From NCBI GenBank assembly GCA_964596165.1, contig CAZQTW010000003.1:43216-107215 (forward strand): 64,000 nt of DNA, in the 5' to 3' direction. Under the pieces are notes generated by a model. The model searched no databases. It saw only the letters and a list, made by a program, of their open reading frames with translations, and had not been told where the DNA came from. Made by a program: the position numbers and the translations under genes. This stretch comes from an uncultured Planctomycetales bacterium (GTDB taxonomy: Bacteria > Planctomycetota > Phycisphaerae > UBA1845 > JAFGLZ01). Positions 20,963 to 29,638 of the stretch are shown here, in pieces (position 1 is the first letter of the stretch; every line of letters begins with the position of its first letter).

Positions 20963-21064
20963 CCTCTCGGCAAACCCGCCCGTTCTGGCGGTCGGTGGGC
21001 CGAGCCGGCCCTTTCCTGTGCTGTCGTCTCGAGGGGACTTGCCCATTCGCTCAACGGATGATCG

Positions 21065-22798
21065 ATGCGTCTCACGTTGACCATGCTTGATGCCCGTCCT
21101 TCCGGGGAGGCGACCGAGAGAACGCCGTCGAACGCCGTCTCGGCGTCGCGTCGCGCCGGTGCGATTGCGTGGAGTCGTCGGGACGCGTTGCTCCTGGGCG
21201 TTGCGGTGGCGGCGTCGCTCGCCGTACTGATCCCTCACTTGGCCGCTCCCGGGTTCTTCCACAACGACGAAGCCCAGCACGCCGTCAGTGGAGCCTTTTG
21301 CAGGGACGCCTTGGCGGACTTTGCGACGTTCGTCTGCGACCCGGTGGGGTATGCGGCCACGTGGTATGCGCACTTCCCCGGCATGGTCATCCCATTCTAT
21401 TACCCCCCTTTGGTTCACGGCATTCTGGGTGTTGCGTTTCTGGTGGGGGGTGTCTCGCTTCTTGCGGCGAGGCTCGTCATCGTCGCCTTCGCAATCTGGG
21501 GTGTGGTCTTTCTTTTCCTCACCCTGCGTCTGCTGGTGGGGAGGACGGCGGCTCTGGCCGGACCGCTGCTCTTGGTGTCGATTCCCGAGGTGACGCTGTG
21601 GGGCCATAGCGTCATGCTCGAGGTCCCCATGACCGCCATGGTGATCACTGCCGCCTATTTCCTCGTCGCTTACGTCGAATGCGACCGACGACGTGCGGTA
21701 TACGGTTGGGCCGTCTTCACTCTCATGGCGCTGATGACCAAGCAGCCTGCCTTGTTCTTCCTGCCGGTGTCGATGCTCTACGTCCTCTTGCGGGGTCGGT
21801 GGTCGCTTCTCCGTCGAAGGGAGTGCATGATTGCCGTGGGCGTGGTTGTGCTTGTCACCATTGCCTACGTTTTCTTCCAAGCCGGCTTCGCAAGGGTCTT
21901 CGTGGCCGTGTCGGTCAACAGTGCGTCCGTGGCTTCGCGACTGAGCTGGTCGCACTTCGCGTCGTATCCGTCGGTCTTCTGGCAGATGGCCCCGGCAACG
22001 ACCCTTCTGGCAATTGTCGGCGCAGGGGTGGGATGGCGCCGAGGATACCGGGCGGCCGTGGTCCTTGGCATGGCGTGGTTGCTGGGGTTCTTGCTCTTCC
22101 AGACGGCCATCACCGGGCGCAGCGCCCGCTACGCGGTGCCGGCCATGCCGGCCCTGGCGATGCTCGGCGGCATGATCTGTGTGCTGCCGCATGCGACTCG
22201 GGGGCTGGGCGCGGCGGCCGTGTTGACGGCGATTGTATTGCAGGCGTCGGTGGGATGGTCCGACCGAAACGGCCCGGCCGCCGTTCAGGGGCAATTCGCC
22301 GAGGCGGCGGATGCGGTGTTTCGGCAACGGGCAGGCCGGGTGGTTCTGTACGAGGGTTACCACGACGGAGAGTTCATCTTCAACGCACGGCGCATCGCCG
22401 GCGACCGCAGGCCGTTCGTCCTTCGCAGCAGCAAAGTCATCTACAGTTGCGCGACCGACCCGGGCCTGCTGTTCTCGAACATTCGATCCACGGATCAGGA
22501 GATATACGACCTGCTCGACCGGACCGGCGTGACCCACGTCGTGGTCGAGGAGCCTCAGCGAATCCGGGCGCCGGGGACGTGCGCGATTCGTAGGATGGTC
22601 GCCTCCGATCGTTTCACGAAGGAGGCGGAGTATGAGATTGCCTGGCCCGGACGATGCCTGCGGCGAGGCCGTCTGGAGATCTACGCCTATCATCGGACCA
22701 CACCGGCGGGTGACGGGCGGATCGTGTTGCCGCTGCCGGGCGTCGGTCGTGAGTTGCGTGTGTCGATCGGTGGACCGGAAAAAGCCGAACCGAGCTAG
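21065..22798 (+). CDS. GT-C fold glycosyltransferase (GT39/ArnT-like membrane protein)
   Basis: 577 aa and polytopic. The acidic first-loop motif FFHNDEAQHA resembles the DE motif of PMT/ArnT-type enzymes. The C-terminal ~170 aa form a soluble domain. Confidence 0.75.
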   Translation: MRLTLTMLDARPSGEATERTPSNAVSASRRAGAIAWSRRDALLLGVAVAASLAVLIPHLAAPGFFHNDEAQHAVSGAFCRDALADFATFVCDPVGYAATWYAHFPGMVIPFYYPPLVHGILGVAFLVGGVSLLAARLVIVAFAIWGVVFLFLTLRLLVGRTAALAGPLLLVSIPEVTLWGHSVMLEVPMTAMVITAAYFLVAYVECDRRRAVYGWAVFTLMALMTKQPALFFLPVSMLYVLLRGRWSLLRRRECMIAVGVVVLVTIAYVFFQAGFARVFVAVSVNSASVASRLSWSHFASYPSVFWQMAPATTLLAIVGAGVGWRRGYRAAVVLGMAWLLGFLLFQTAITGRSARYAVPAMPALAMLGGMICVLPHATRGLGAAAVLTAIVLQASVGWSDRNGPAAVQGQFAEAADAVFRQRAGRVVLYEGYHDGEFIFNARRIAGDRRPFVLRSSKVIYSCATDPGLLFSNIRSTDQEIYDLLDRTGVTHVVVEEPQRIRAPGTCAIRRMVASDRFTKEAEYEIAWPGRCLRRGRLEIYAYHRTTPAGDGRIVLPLPGVGRELRVSIGGPEKAEPS

Positions 22799-22854
22799 GG
22801 GTGAGGAAGAACGGCCGCCGATACCTCGCCGACCGGCGGAAGGAAACATCAAAC

Positions 22855-23928
22855 ATGTATCTCGGCAAGAAGATCGGGGTGGTCGTACCGGCTCACAATG
22901 AAGCGCGTCTCATTCGAAGGACCCTGACGACGATGCCGGAATTCGTCGATCGAATCATCGTCGTGGACGACGCCAGCACGGACCAGACGCCTCACATCGT
23001 GTGCGACCTGGCGGCCGATTTCGACGGTCGACTCGTCCTGATTCGGCACGAGGGCAACCGCGGCGTCGGCGCGGCGATCATCACCGGTTACAAGCGCGCC
23101 ATGACCGAGGGCCTCGACGTTGTGGCGGTGATGGCCGGCGACGCACAGATGGATCCCGATGACCTGCCTCGGGTGATCTCACCCGTCTGCCAAGGGGTGG
23201 CTCACTACGTCAAAGGCAACCGGTTGTTCACGGGCGAGTCCTGGCGCATGATCCCCCGGGTTCGGTATCTCGGGAACGCGGTGCTGAGCCTGCTCACCAA
23301 AGTGGCCAGCGGTTACTGGCATGTTGCCGATTCGCAGACGGGCTACACGGCCATCGACCGCGAGAGTCTGATGCTTCTCGATCTCGATGCGATCTATCCG
23401 CGATACGGCTATCCGAACGACATGCTGGTTCAGTTGAACGTATTCGATCGTGTGGTCGCCGACGTTCCCGTGAGACCGGTGTATCGCATTGGGGAGACGT
23501 CCGGCATCCGGCTGCGCAAGGTGATTCCCAGGATTTCGTGGTTGCTGTTCAAACGATTCCTCTGGCGTCTGGGGGCAAAGTATGTGGTGCGCGACTTCCA
23601 CCCGCTCGTCTTCTTCTATCTCTTCGGCGCGATGCTTTTCGCGGGCGGGTTGGGATTCGGCGCATGGCTTGTCTGGATGCGGCTGTTTGTCACCAAGGTG
23701 GCGCCGACCAGCGCGATTTTGTCGATGTTCCTGATGGTGACCGGCCTGCAACTGTTGCTCTTTGCCATGTGGTTCGACATGGAACGGAACCGGTCGTTGA
23801 AGGCCGAACTGTCGCCGGGGTCGATGCCGCCCAGACGATTCGCCGGCAAGTCGCGGAACGCCGCGGCGGCAACGCGCATTCCGGACGACCGGACGGAATC
23901 GATAACCTCCTTGTCAATGATGCACTGA
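22855..23928 (+). CDS. Membrane-anchored family 2 glycosyltransferase (GtrB/ArnC/CsbB-like polyprenyl-phosphate sugar synthase type)
   Basis: GVVVPAHNEA...VVDDASTDQT...MAGDAQMDP is a GT-A/GT2 core, followed by C-terminal TM helices (LVFFYLFGAMLFAGGLGFGAWLV; ILSMFLMVTGLQLLLFAMWF). Start set at ATG 22855. Confidence 0.85.
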   Translation: MYLGKKIGVVVPAHNEARLIRRTLTTMPEFVDRIIVVDDASTDQTPHIVCDLAADFDGRLVLIRHEGNRGVGAAIITGYKRAMTEGLDVVAVMAGDAQMDPDDLPRVISPVCQGVAHYVKGNRLFTGESWRMIPRVRYLGNAVLSLLTKVASGYWHVADSQTGYTAIDRESLMLLDLDAIYPRYGYPNDMLVQLNVFDRVVADVPVRPVYRIGETSGIRLRKVIPRISWLLFKRFLWRLGAKYVVRDFHPLVFFYLFGAMLFAGGLGFGAWLVWMRLFVTKVAPTSAILSMFLMVTGLQLLLFAMWFDMERNRSLKAELSPGSMPPRRFAGKSRNAAAATRIPDDRTESITSLSMMH

Positions 23929-23935
23929 GATTGCC

Positions 23936-24925
23936 ATGCTCCGACGTCCGCTGGCGCTGACGATTGACCTTGATGAATGGTATCACTGTCGATGGGCGAC
24001 CGGCTCCGGCGACGCGTTGTGGCCCAGCACGACGGCATTGTTCCGAGACGTGTACCGGAGCGACCGGCCGGTCGGCGAACTGATCGAGCCGACGGAGTGG
24101 CTGCTCGCCCGGCTGGCCGAACGTGGCGCGAAGGCGACGTTCTTCGTCCTCGGCGAAGTGGCGAGGTGGTATCCGGATCTCATTCGCCGGATCGCCGACG
24201 GGGGACATGAGATTGCCTGTCATGGAATGCACCATGTCAACATGACCTGGGAGACCGAATCCTACTTCGCCTCGCAGTTGGCCCAGGCGAAGTCGCTGCT
24301 GGAAGAGTTGACGGGGCGACCGGTGCGTGGCTTCCGCGCGCCGAACTTCGTCGTGGCGCCCTATCTGGGGCGTGTGCTCCGCAAGCTGGCTTTCAGCTAC
24401 GATTCCAGCATCTGTCCCGCATGGTCGGTTCTGAGAACCGGCCGACGTTGTGCCCATGCTCCCCGAGAACCGTATGAGCCCGACATCGCGAATCTGTCGA
24501 CGAGCGGGCGGTCCGGTTTGATCGAACTCCCGATTGCCATGCAGGCCGGCGTAGCCCTACCCGGCGGTACGGGCATCATGGCGCGGGTTGCCGGAACGTG
24601 GTGGGCGCGCACGGCGCTGAACTACCGTCTGAGCAGGGGTTCGGCGATGTTCTACTGTCATCCGTACGAGTTGACGCCTGCCGGCGAGTCGCGGTGGCCC
24701 GCGAAGCTGCCGCTGCGTGCACGGGTGTTCCTGCGCCGGACGGGCGACTATCTCCGTCGGTTTCTTCTCGAGTTGATGGACCGCCGAGACGTGACGCACG
24801 TGACGGCCGGTGAGCTGGCCGAGCTGGCTCGCAACGCGAATGCCGTGAGCCGGGCCCGCCGGGGGGAGCGGGGAGAAAGCGTGGATGTGAACGCTGGCCC
24901 CGCCGCACAATCCCTGTCCACGTGA
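23936..24925 (+). CDS. Polysaccharide deacetylase (CE4) family protein
   Basis: LTIDLDEWYH...ATFFVLGEVARWYPDLIRRIADGGHEIACHGMHH is a NodB-type fold with His motifs. It resembles the PEP-CTERM-locus deacetylase and ArnD types. Confidence 0.8.
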   Translation: MLRRPLALTIDLDEWYHCRWATGSGDALWPSTTALFRDVYRSDRPVGELIEPTEWLLARLAERGAKATFFVLGEVARWYPDLIRRIADGGHEIACHGMHHVNMTWETESYFASQLAQAKSLLEELTGRPVRGFRAPNFVVAPYLGRVLRKLAFSYDSSICPAWSVLRTGRRCAHAPREPYEPDIANLSTSGRSGLIELPIAMQAGVALPGGTGIMARVAGTWWARTALNYRLSRGSAMFYCHPYELTPAGESRWPAKLPLRARVFLRRTGDYLRRFLLELMDRRDVTHVTAGELAELARNANAVSRARRGERGESVDVNAGPAAQSLST

Positions 24926-25169
24926 CAAATGTGAACCCAAAAGGCCCGGGTGAGGGCGTCGTCCGGGAATGCGCAGGTGGAAGATGAATCCCCCGCGGGA
25001 CCGGGGGATCGGATCGATCTTGCCCTGCCTGCCCTTCCTTATGCAGACACGGACGTGGGTTAGGGGCGTCTCCTCACGATTGACCCCTGCCGGTCACGGG
25101 CGTAGGGTGTTAGGGATTGTACGGACGGTTGGATCGGCCGAGTCTTTCCGAGGGCGATCAAGGGACCGA

Positions 25170-27464
25170 ATGGGAGCGGATGCCATCACATCGCCGCCGA
25201 CCCGAGCAAAGGCCCTGTTCAATCATTGGGCCGGTCCACCCGTGCTCATCATTCTGATCGGGCTGGTCTGCCTGTCCCCTCTGTGGACAAGCCGTGGCGT
25301 CGTTTACTCCAAACACTCGGACATCATTGCCGAGCACCTCGGCGTCAAGGCCCTTGGTCAACGATCCGTGGATCTTCACGGTAGACTGCCGCTGTGGAAT
25401 CCCCATATGAACTGCGGCGCGCCCGCTTTTGCCGCCCCCGAATCCATGTACGTCTTCCCGTTCGATCTGCTCTATCTGTTCCTTCCGCTCGATCGTGCGA
25501 CGAATGGGGTCATCCTGCTGAACGTCGTGCTGGCGGGCCTGACCATGTATCTCTTCTGCCGCGGTTTTCTGAATCACCGTGCATCGGCCCTCTTCTGCGG
25601 AGTGGCCTACATGGTGAGTTATCGTTATCTGTCGATGATCCATGCGGGCTGGCTGCCAAAGATGAGCATGTACGCGCTGACACCGCTGCTGTTTTGGTCG
25701 TGCGACCGGGTGCTCCGACTTCCCGGTGTTCGCCGGTCGGCCGTATGGGCCGGCATCGTTGGGCTCTGCTTCATGCAGAGCGACATGCAGGGGTTGTACT
25801 ACAGTGGCCTGGGGTGTCTGCTCTTCGCGGGCGTTCGACTGATTCGGCAGGAACGGGCGCTGCGGCTGCGTGGACTCGGTTGTCTGGCGGCGGGAGGCAT
25901 CCTGGGTGTGATGTGTTCGGCGCCCGTCTTGTTTCCCCGGATCGAATTCGCGGCGCTCAGTTCGCGCGCGGAACCGACATACGAGTTTTTCGTGATGCAG
26001 CCGCCGGTATTGAAGGATACCAAGACGTTCCTCGACCCCCTCGATGAGGGCGGCGCCCGAGACGAGTTCTGGGAGAAGAACTTCTACTTTGGGCTGTGGT
26101 TGTATCCCCTTTGCATCGTGGGGGTCGTCGGTCGGCGGCGTTCGAGTGGATTCCTACTGGCCGCCATGCTGGGGGTGCTCCTCCTATGCTTCAATACGCC
26201 GGCGCTGAAGCTGCTGTACACCTGTCTGCCCGGCTTCGGGCTGTTTCGACAGTCGTCCAAGCTGCTCCTGCTCGGTCAGTTCATTCTTCTCCTGTTGGGC
26301 GGATTGGGAGCGGACGTGTTGCTTGCGGACCGAGAACGGCATCGAATCGTCTCGAGGCTCTTTCCCGTCCTCATGATCTGCGCGGCGGGCATCGCACTGT
26401 ATCCAACGTCGAGTCTCGGTACGTACGCTCGTTGCGCCATGGTCCTGACGATTGGACTGGCCGGCGCGAGCGTCCTCTTGCCTCGGCTGGGTGCGGGAGT
26501 CCTGTCCGTGCTTCTGCTGGCTCTTCCCGGGGTCGATGCCGGCGTTCGCTTTGGGCGGAGGATTGAGACTCGGCCGCTGCAGGAGGCAATTCCACGACAC
26601 GCCTTTCTTGAGGCTTTGAGGCGCGACGTTGTGCGAGGCAGGACTGCCGCCATCGGTCGGACGACGATTCCCTACGGCATGGCAGGTTGCTACGACGTGG
26701 AACTGGCCAATGGGTTCACCGCCTTGAATCTGAAACACTACCTGGAGTACTTCGCCGTCCTTCAATACGGCGATCCCAACCGGGGCCCGAAAGGCCCGTG
26801 GATATGGACGGACCTGAACGCGATGACCAAGCCGCAGATGCTTCAGGCAATGGATGTGGAATACCTGGTGGCCAACCAGCCATATGACTTTGATCCGATC
26901 GGATACGAGAAGACGGCGGCGTTTGAGAATGTCCCCGTGTTCTCGCTCTATCGCGGGATCGTCCACGTTCCTGTTCATGTCTACCGCCGGCGCGATCGGC
27001 TGGGAGCGGCCTTCTTCGCCACATCAGTGAGAGCCGTGTCCGATGAGGCGGCCTCGCTCCACGCGGTTGCCTCGGCTGAGTCACCACGCGATGCCTATGT
27101 CCTCGGTCTGGATGTCGATCCCAATGGGATTGGCGGCACGGGCGGGGCGGCCAGAATGGTTCGACAGGGCATAGACGAATACGAGTATCAGGTCGACAGT
27201 CGCGGCCGAAACCTGCTCATCCTCAGCCAGGTCTGGTATCCGGGATGGCGGGCCGTCCTGGAAGGCCGGCCGGTCAGGCTCTATCGCACGAACCACGCTT
27301 GGATGGCGTGCATCGTGCCGCCGGGTTCGCACCGCTTGCGACTCGAGATGACCTGTCCCCGTTTCTGGCAGGGTTTGGCTGCAACCGGAGCAGCCGGAGT
27401 GGCGATGGCCGCCTGGTTCATGGTGGAAAGAAGGCGGTGGACACCCCGCGCCAAGCCCACGTAA
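25170..27464 (+). CDS. YfhO-like polytopic membrane protein (putative GT-C glycosyltransferase)
   Basis: The N-terminal motif is LWNPHMNCGAPAFAAPESMYVFPFDLLY. More than 10 TM helices are present. The C-terminal beta-rich tail SQVWYPGWRAVLEGRPVRLYRTNHAWMACIVPPGSHRLRLEM is typical of the YfhO family. The start is uncertain, ATG 25170 or upstream to 24969. Confidence 0.65.
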   Translation: MGADAITSPPTRAKALFNHWAGPPVLIILIGLVCLSPLWTSRGVVYSKHSDIIAEHLGVKALGQRSVDLHGRLPLWNPHMNCGAPAFAAPESMYVFPFDLLYLFLPLDRATNGVILLNVVLAGLTMYLFCRGFLNHRASALFCGVAYMVSYRYLSMIHAGWLPKMSMYALTPLLFWSCDRVLRLPGVRRSAVWAGIVGLCFMQSDMQGLYYSGLGCLLFAGVRLIRQERALRLRGLGCLAAGGILGVMCSAPVLFPRIEFAALSSRAEPTYEFFVMQPPVLKDTKTFLDPLDEGGARDEFWEKNFYFGLWLYPLCIVGVVGRRRSSGFLLAAMLGVLLLCFNTPALKLLYTCLPGFGLFRQSSKLLLLGQFILLLLGGLGADVLLADRERHRIVSRLFPVLMICAAGIALYPTSSLGTYARCAMVLTIGLAGASVLLPRLGAGVLSVLLLALPGVDAGVRFGRRIETRPLQEAIPRHAFLEALRRDVVRGRTAAIGRTTIPYGMAGCYDVELANGFTALNLKHYLEYFAVLQYGDPNRGPKGPWIWTDLNAMTKPQMLQAMDVEYLVANQPYDFDPIGYEKTAAFENVPVFSLYRGIVHVPVHVYRRRDRLGAAFFATSVRAVSDEAASLHAVASAESPRDAYVLGLDVDPNGIGGTGGAARMVRQGIDEYEYQVDSRGRNLLILSQVWYPGWRAVLEGRPVRLYRTNHAWMACIVPPGSHRLRLEMTCPRFWQGLAATGAAGVAMAAWFMVERRRWTPRAKPT

Positions 27465-27525
27465 CGGCACGTCGATGCGTCCGCGGTGTGTGGTTCGTCC
27501 CCTGAACGCCTACGATCGCAACCGC

Positions 27526-28272
27526 CTACGCAAAATCCTTGCGGCGGGCGAGTTCGTCCGGCCGCTGATCGATTCGACTCACCTGTGTGGGTGAAAGGAA
27601 TCGCGGGCCTCCGGCAGCCAAGCTCGCCACGAGAATGCGGCACGTCTTTACCAACATGCAGGTGCCGTTCAAGACCTCCTGGACGGTGTTGCCGAGGACG
27701 ATCACGCCGTGGTTCTCCATCAGCACGACCTTGGGGACTCGCCGATGCTCCGCCTGGAAATCCTGGATGGTTCGGCGAACGGCATGCGCCAGCGGTAGGC
27801 CCGGGTCGGTGTAGGGGACGTACGCGAGCGCCGGTCCAAGGACGACGATCTGATCCGGAAAGAGGCTACCGGCAAAGACCTCGCGGCTCTGGCGACCGCT
27901 CAACAGACCGACGGCCACGGTCGGATGGGTGTGCCCCACGAAACGGACGCCATCGAGTTGGAGACACATCGCGTGTAGGAAGGTTTCGATGGAGGGAGCT
28001 CGATTGCCGGAATCCGTGGATGACTTCAGGACCTGCTTGACGGCCTCATCATTCATCTGCTGCCGATCGAGTGCGGCCAGGATCGGCGCGAACCGTACCT
28101 TCACGAAGCTCGCTCGACCGGCGGTCGCCAGTTGCGTCCCGGAGGCCTTGACCCAGAACGCCTCGTCGTCGGCGCGCGCCGAGGTATTGCCCTCTCCCAA
28201 GACGGCGTAGTCGTTGGCGGGCCGGCCCAGTTCGACGGACAGGGCGATCAGTTCATCCAGGACATCAGCCAT
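27526..28272 (-). CDS. Class II aldolase / adducin-family protein (aldolase or sugar-phosphate epimerase)
   Basis: MADVLDELIALSVELGR...LGEGNTSAR...VGHTHPTVAVGL...MENHGVIVLG shows the His-cluster metal site. ATG 28272 overlaps the upstream gene's stop by 8 nt. The track ORF's extra 75 codons overlap the phosphomutase gene. Confidence 0.8.
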   Translation of the reverse strand: MADVLDELIALSVELGRPANDYAVLGEGNTSARADDEAFWVKASGTQLATAGRASFVKVRFAPILAALDRQQMNDEAVKQVLKSSTDSGNRAPSIETFLHAMCLQLDGVRFVGHTHPTVAVGLLSGRQSREVFAGSLFPDQIVVLGPALAYVPYTDPGLPLAHAVRRTIQDFQAEHRRVPKVVLMENHGVIVLGNTVQEVLNGTCMLVKTCRILVASLAAGGPRFLSPTQVSRIDQRPDELARRKDFA

Positions 28273-29638
28273 TGAGTTGCTCCTTGATCCGGTCGTACAG
28301 CTCGGGCGCTCCGGCCAGGAATCGTGCGGCCACCTGCCGCAGGCTTTGCCGATCTCGCCCTTCGAAACGTAGCGTGATGAGGGGTTCGGTAATCGACATC
28401 CGCGCCAGTGCCCAGCCGTCGGGGTACTGCGCCCGCACGCCGTCGAGTCGCGTAACGTCGCCTGTGCAACTGTTGGCGATGTGGGAGAGGATATCACCTG
28501 CTCCAGCGGGGACGGGAATCCTCAGGTCCGGCGTAATGGCCGGCCACCTGATAGGGCGGATCAGGTCGGCCAGTGTCGAGTCCGACGTGGCTATCATGTG
28601 TGCCGCGACCAGTGAAACGAAGAGTGCGTCGTCACCCCCGCCGAGGGCCTTGAAGAAGTAGTGGCCGCTCACCTCGACGCCGAGGTCGGCCTGGGTTTCG
28701 ATCATGGCCGTCTTGATGAATCCGTGTCCACTCGGCTGCATGGCGCACGTTCCGCCGGCATTCACCACGTCAGATGCGAGGATCGACGCGCATTTCAGAT
28801 CGTACACGACCTTGGGCTGCGGGAGGCATCGCCGAACAAACAATGCGCCCATTTGTTCAGGCCGAACGATAGCGCCCTCGTTGTCGACGAAGGCGGCGCG
28901 GTCGCCGTCGCCGTCCAGGGCGATGCCCAAGTCGGCATGGTCGGCCAACACGCGTTCCGACAACACGGCCAGGTTCGAGTCCACGGCCGGATTGGGGTCG
29001 CGTTTCGCGAAATCGGGATCGAACTTGCAGGACAGGGGAATCACGTTGCATCCGGCGGCGGTGAGCACTGCAGGGGCAATCTCGGAAAAGGCGCCGCCCA
29101 TGGCATCGACGACGAGGGTCAGTTTCCCCTGCAAGAGGGTCTCAGGCTTGCTCCCGGCGGTAGCAGCGGCCTTGTGAAGGACATGACTCTTGTACTCCGT
29201 CGTCACATCCACCGAGTGAACATGTGCGCAACGGACTGTTGATTGAGACGAGGCCATGCGCGATTCGAGTTCCTGTACGAGTGAGGGAATCGCCGGGCGG
29301 CCGGCGACCATGAACTTCAGGCCGTTGTAACGCCCGGAGTTGTGCGATGCGGTGACGATGGCCACATTCGGACAGCCGAGGTGCGTCGCGGCGAAATACA
29401 CGAGCGGTGTCGGTGTCTGGCCGACGTCGTAGACGTCCACGCCGGCCTTGAGCAGGCCGGCGAGCACCGCGTGTTTCAATGCAGAGGTGCTGCGGCGGTA
29501 GTCGCCGCCCAGGCAGACCCGCTGTTGCCCGCGATCCCGGACCATTTGCCCCAGCGCCTGGCCGAGTCGGCAGGCAACGTCCTCGTTAAGACCCTCGCCG
29601 ACAACGCCGCGAATATCACACGCCTTGAATATGCTCAC
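28265..29638 (-). CDS. Phosphomannomutase / phosphoglucomutase (alpha-D-phosphohexomutase)
   Basis: The active-site loop is VTASHNSGRYNGLKF and the metal loop is ALDGDGDRAAF. The sugar-binding and phosphate loops are present. The GTG start overlaps the kinase stop (GTGA). Confidence 0.9.
   Translation of the reverse strand: MSIFKACDIRGVVGEGLNEDVACRLGQALGQMVRDRGQQRVCLGGDYRRSTSALKHAVLAGLLKAGVDVYDVGQTPTPLVYFAATHLGCPNVAIVTASHNSGRYNGLKFMVAGRPAIPSLVQELESRMASSQSTVRCAHVHSVDVTTEYKSHVLHKAAATAGSKPETLLQGKLTLVVDAMGGAFSEIAPAVLTAAGCNVIPLSCKFDPDFAKRDPNPAVDSNLAVLSERVLADHADLGIALDGDGDRAAFVDNEGAIVRPEQMGALFVRRCLPQPKVVYDLKCASILASDVVNAGGTCAMQPSGHGFIKTAMIETQADLGVEVSGHYFFKALGGGDDALFVSLVAAHMIATSDSTLADLIRPIRWPAITPDLRIPVPAGAGDILSHIANSCTGDVTRLDGVRAQYPDGWALARMSITEPLITLRFEGRDRQSLRQVAARFLAGAPELYDRIKEQLNG

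Noticed and set aside
20531-22852. 773-aa minus-strand ORF
   Set aside because: It is antisense to the BY-kinase and GT-C genes, which have clear motifs. The sequence is Arg/His/Pro/Gly-rich and low in complexity.
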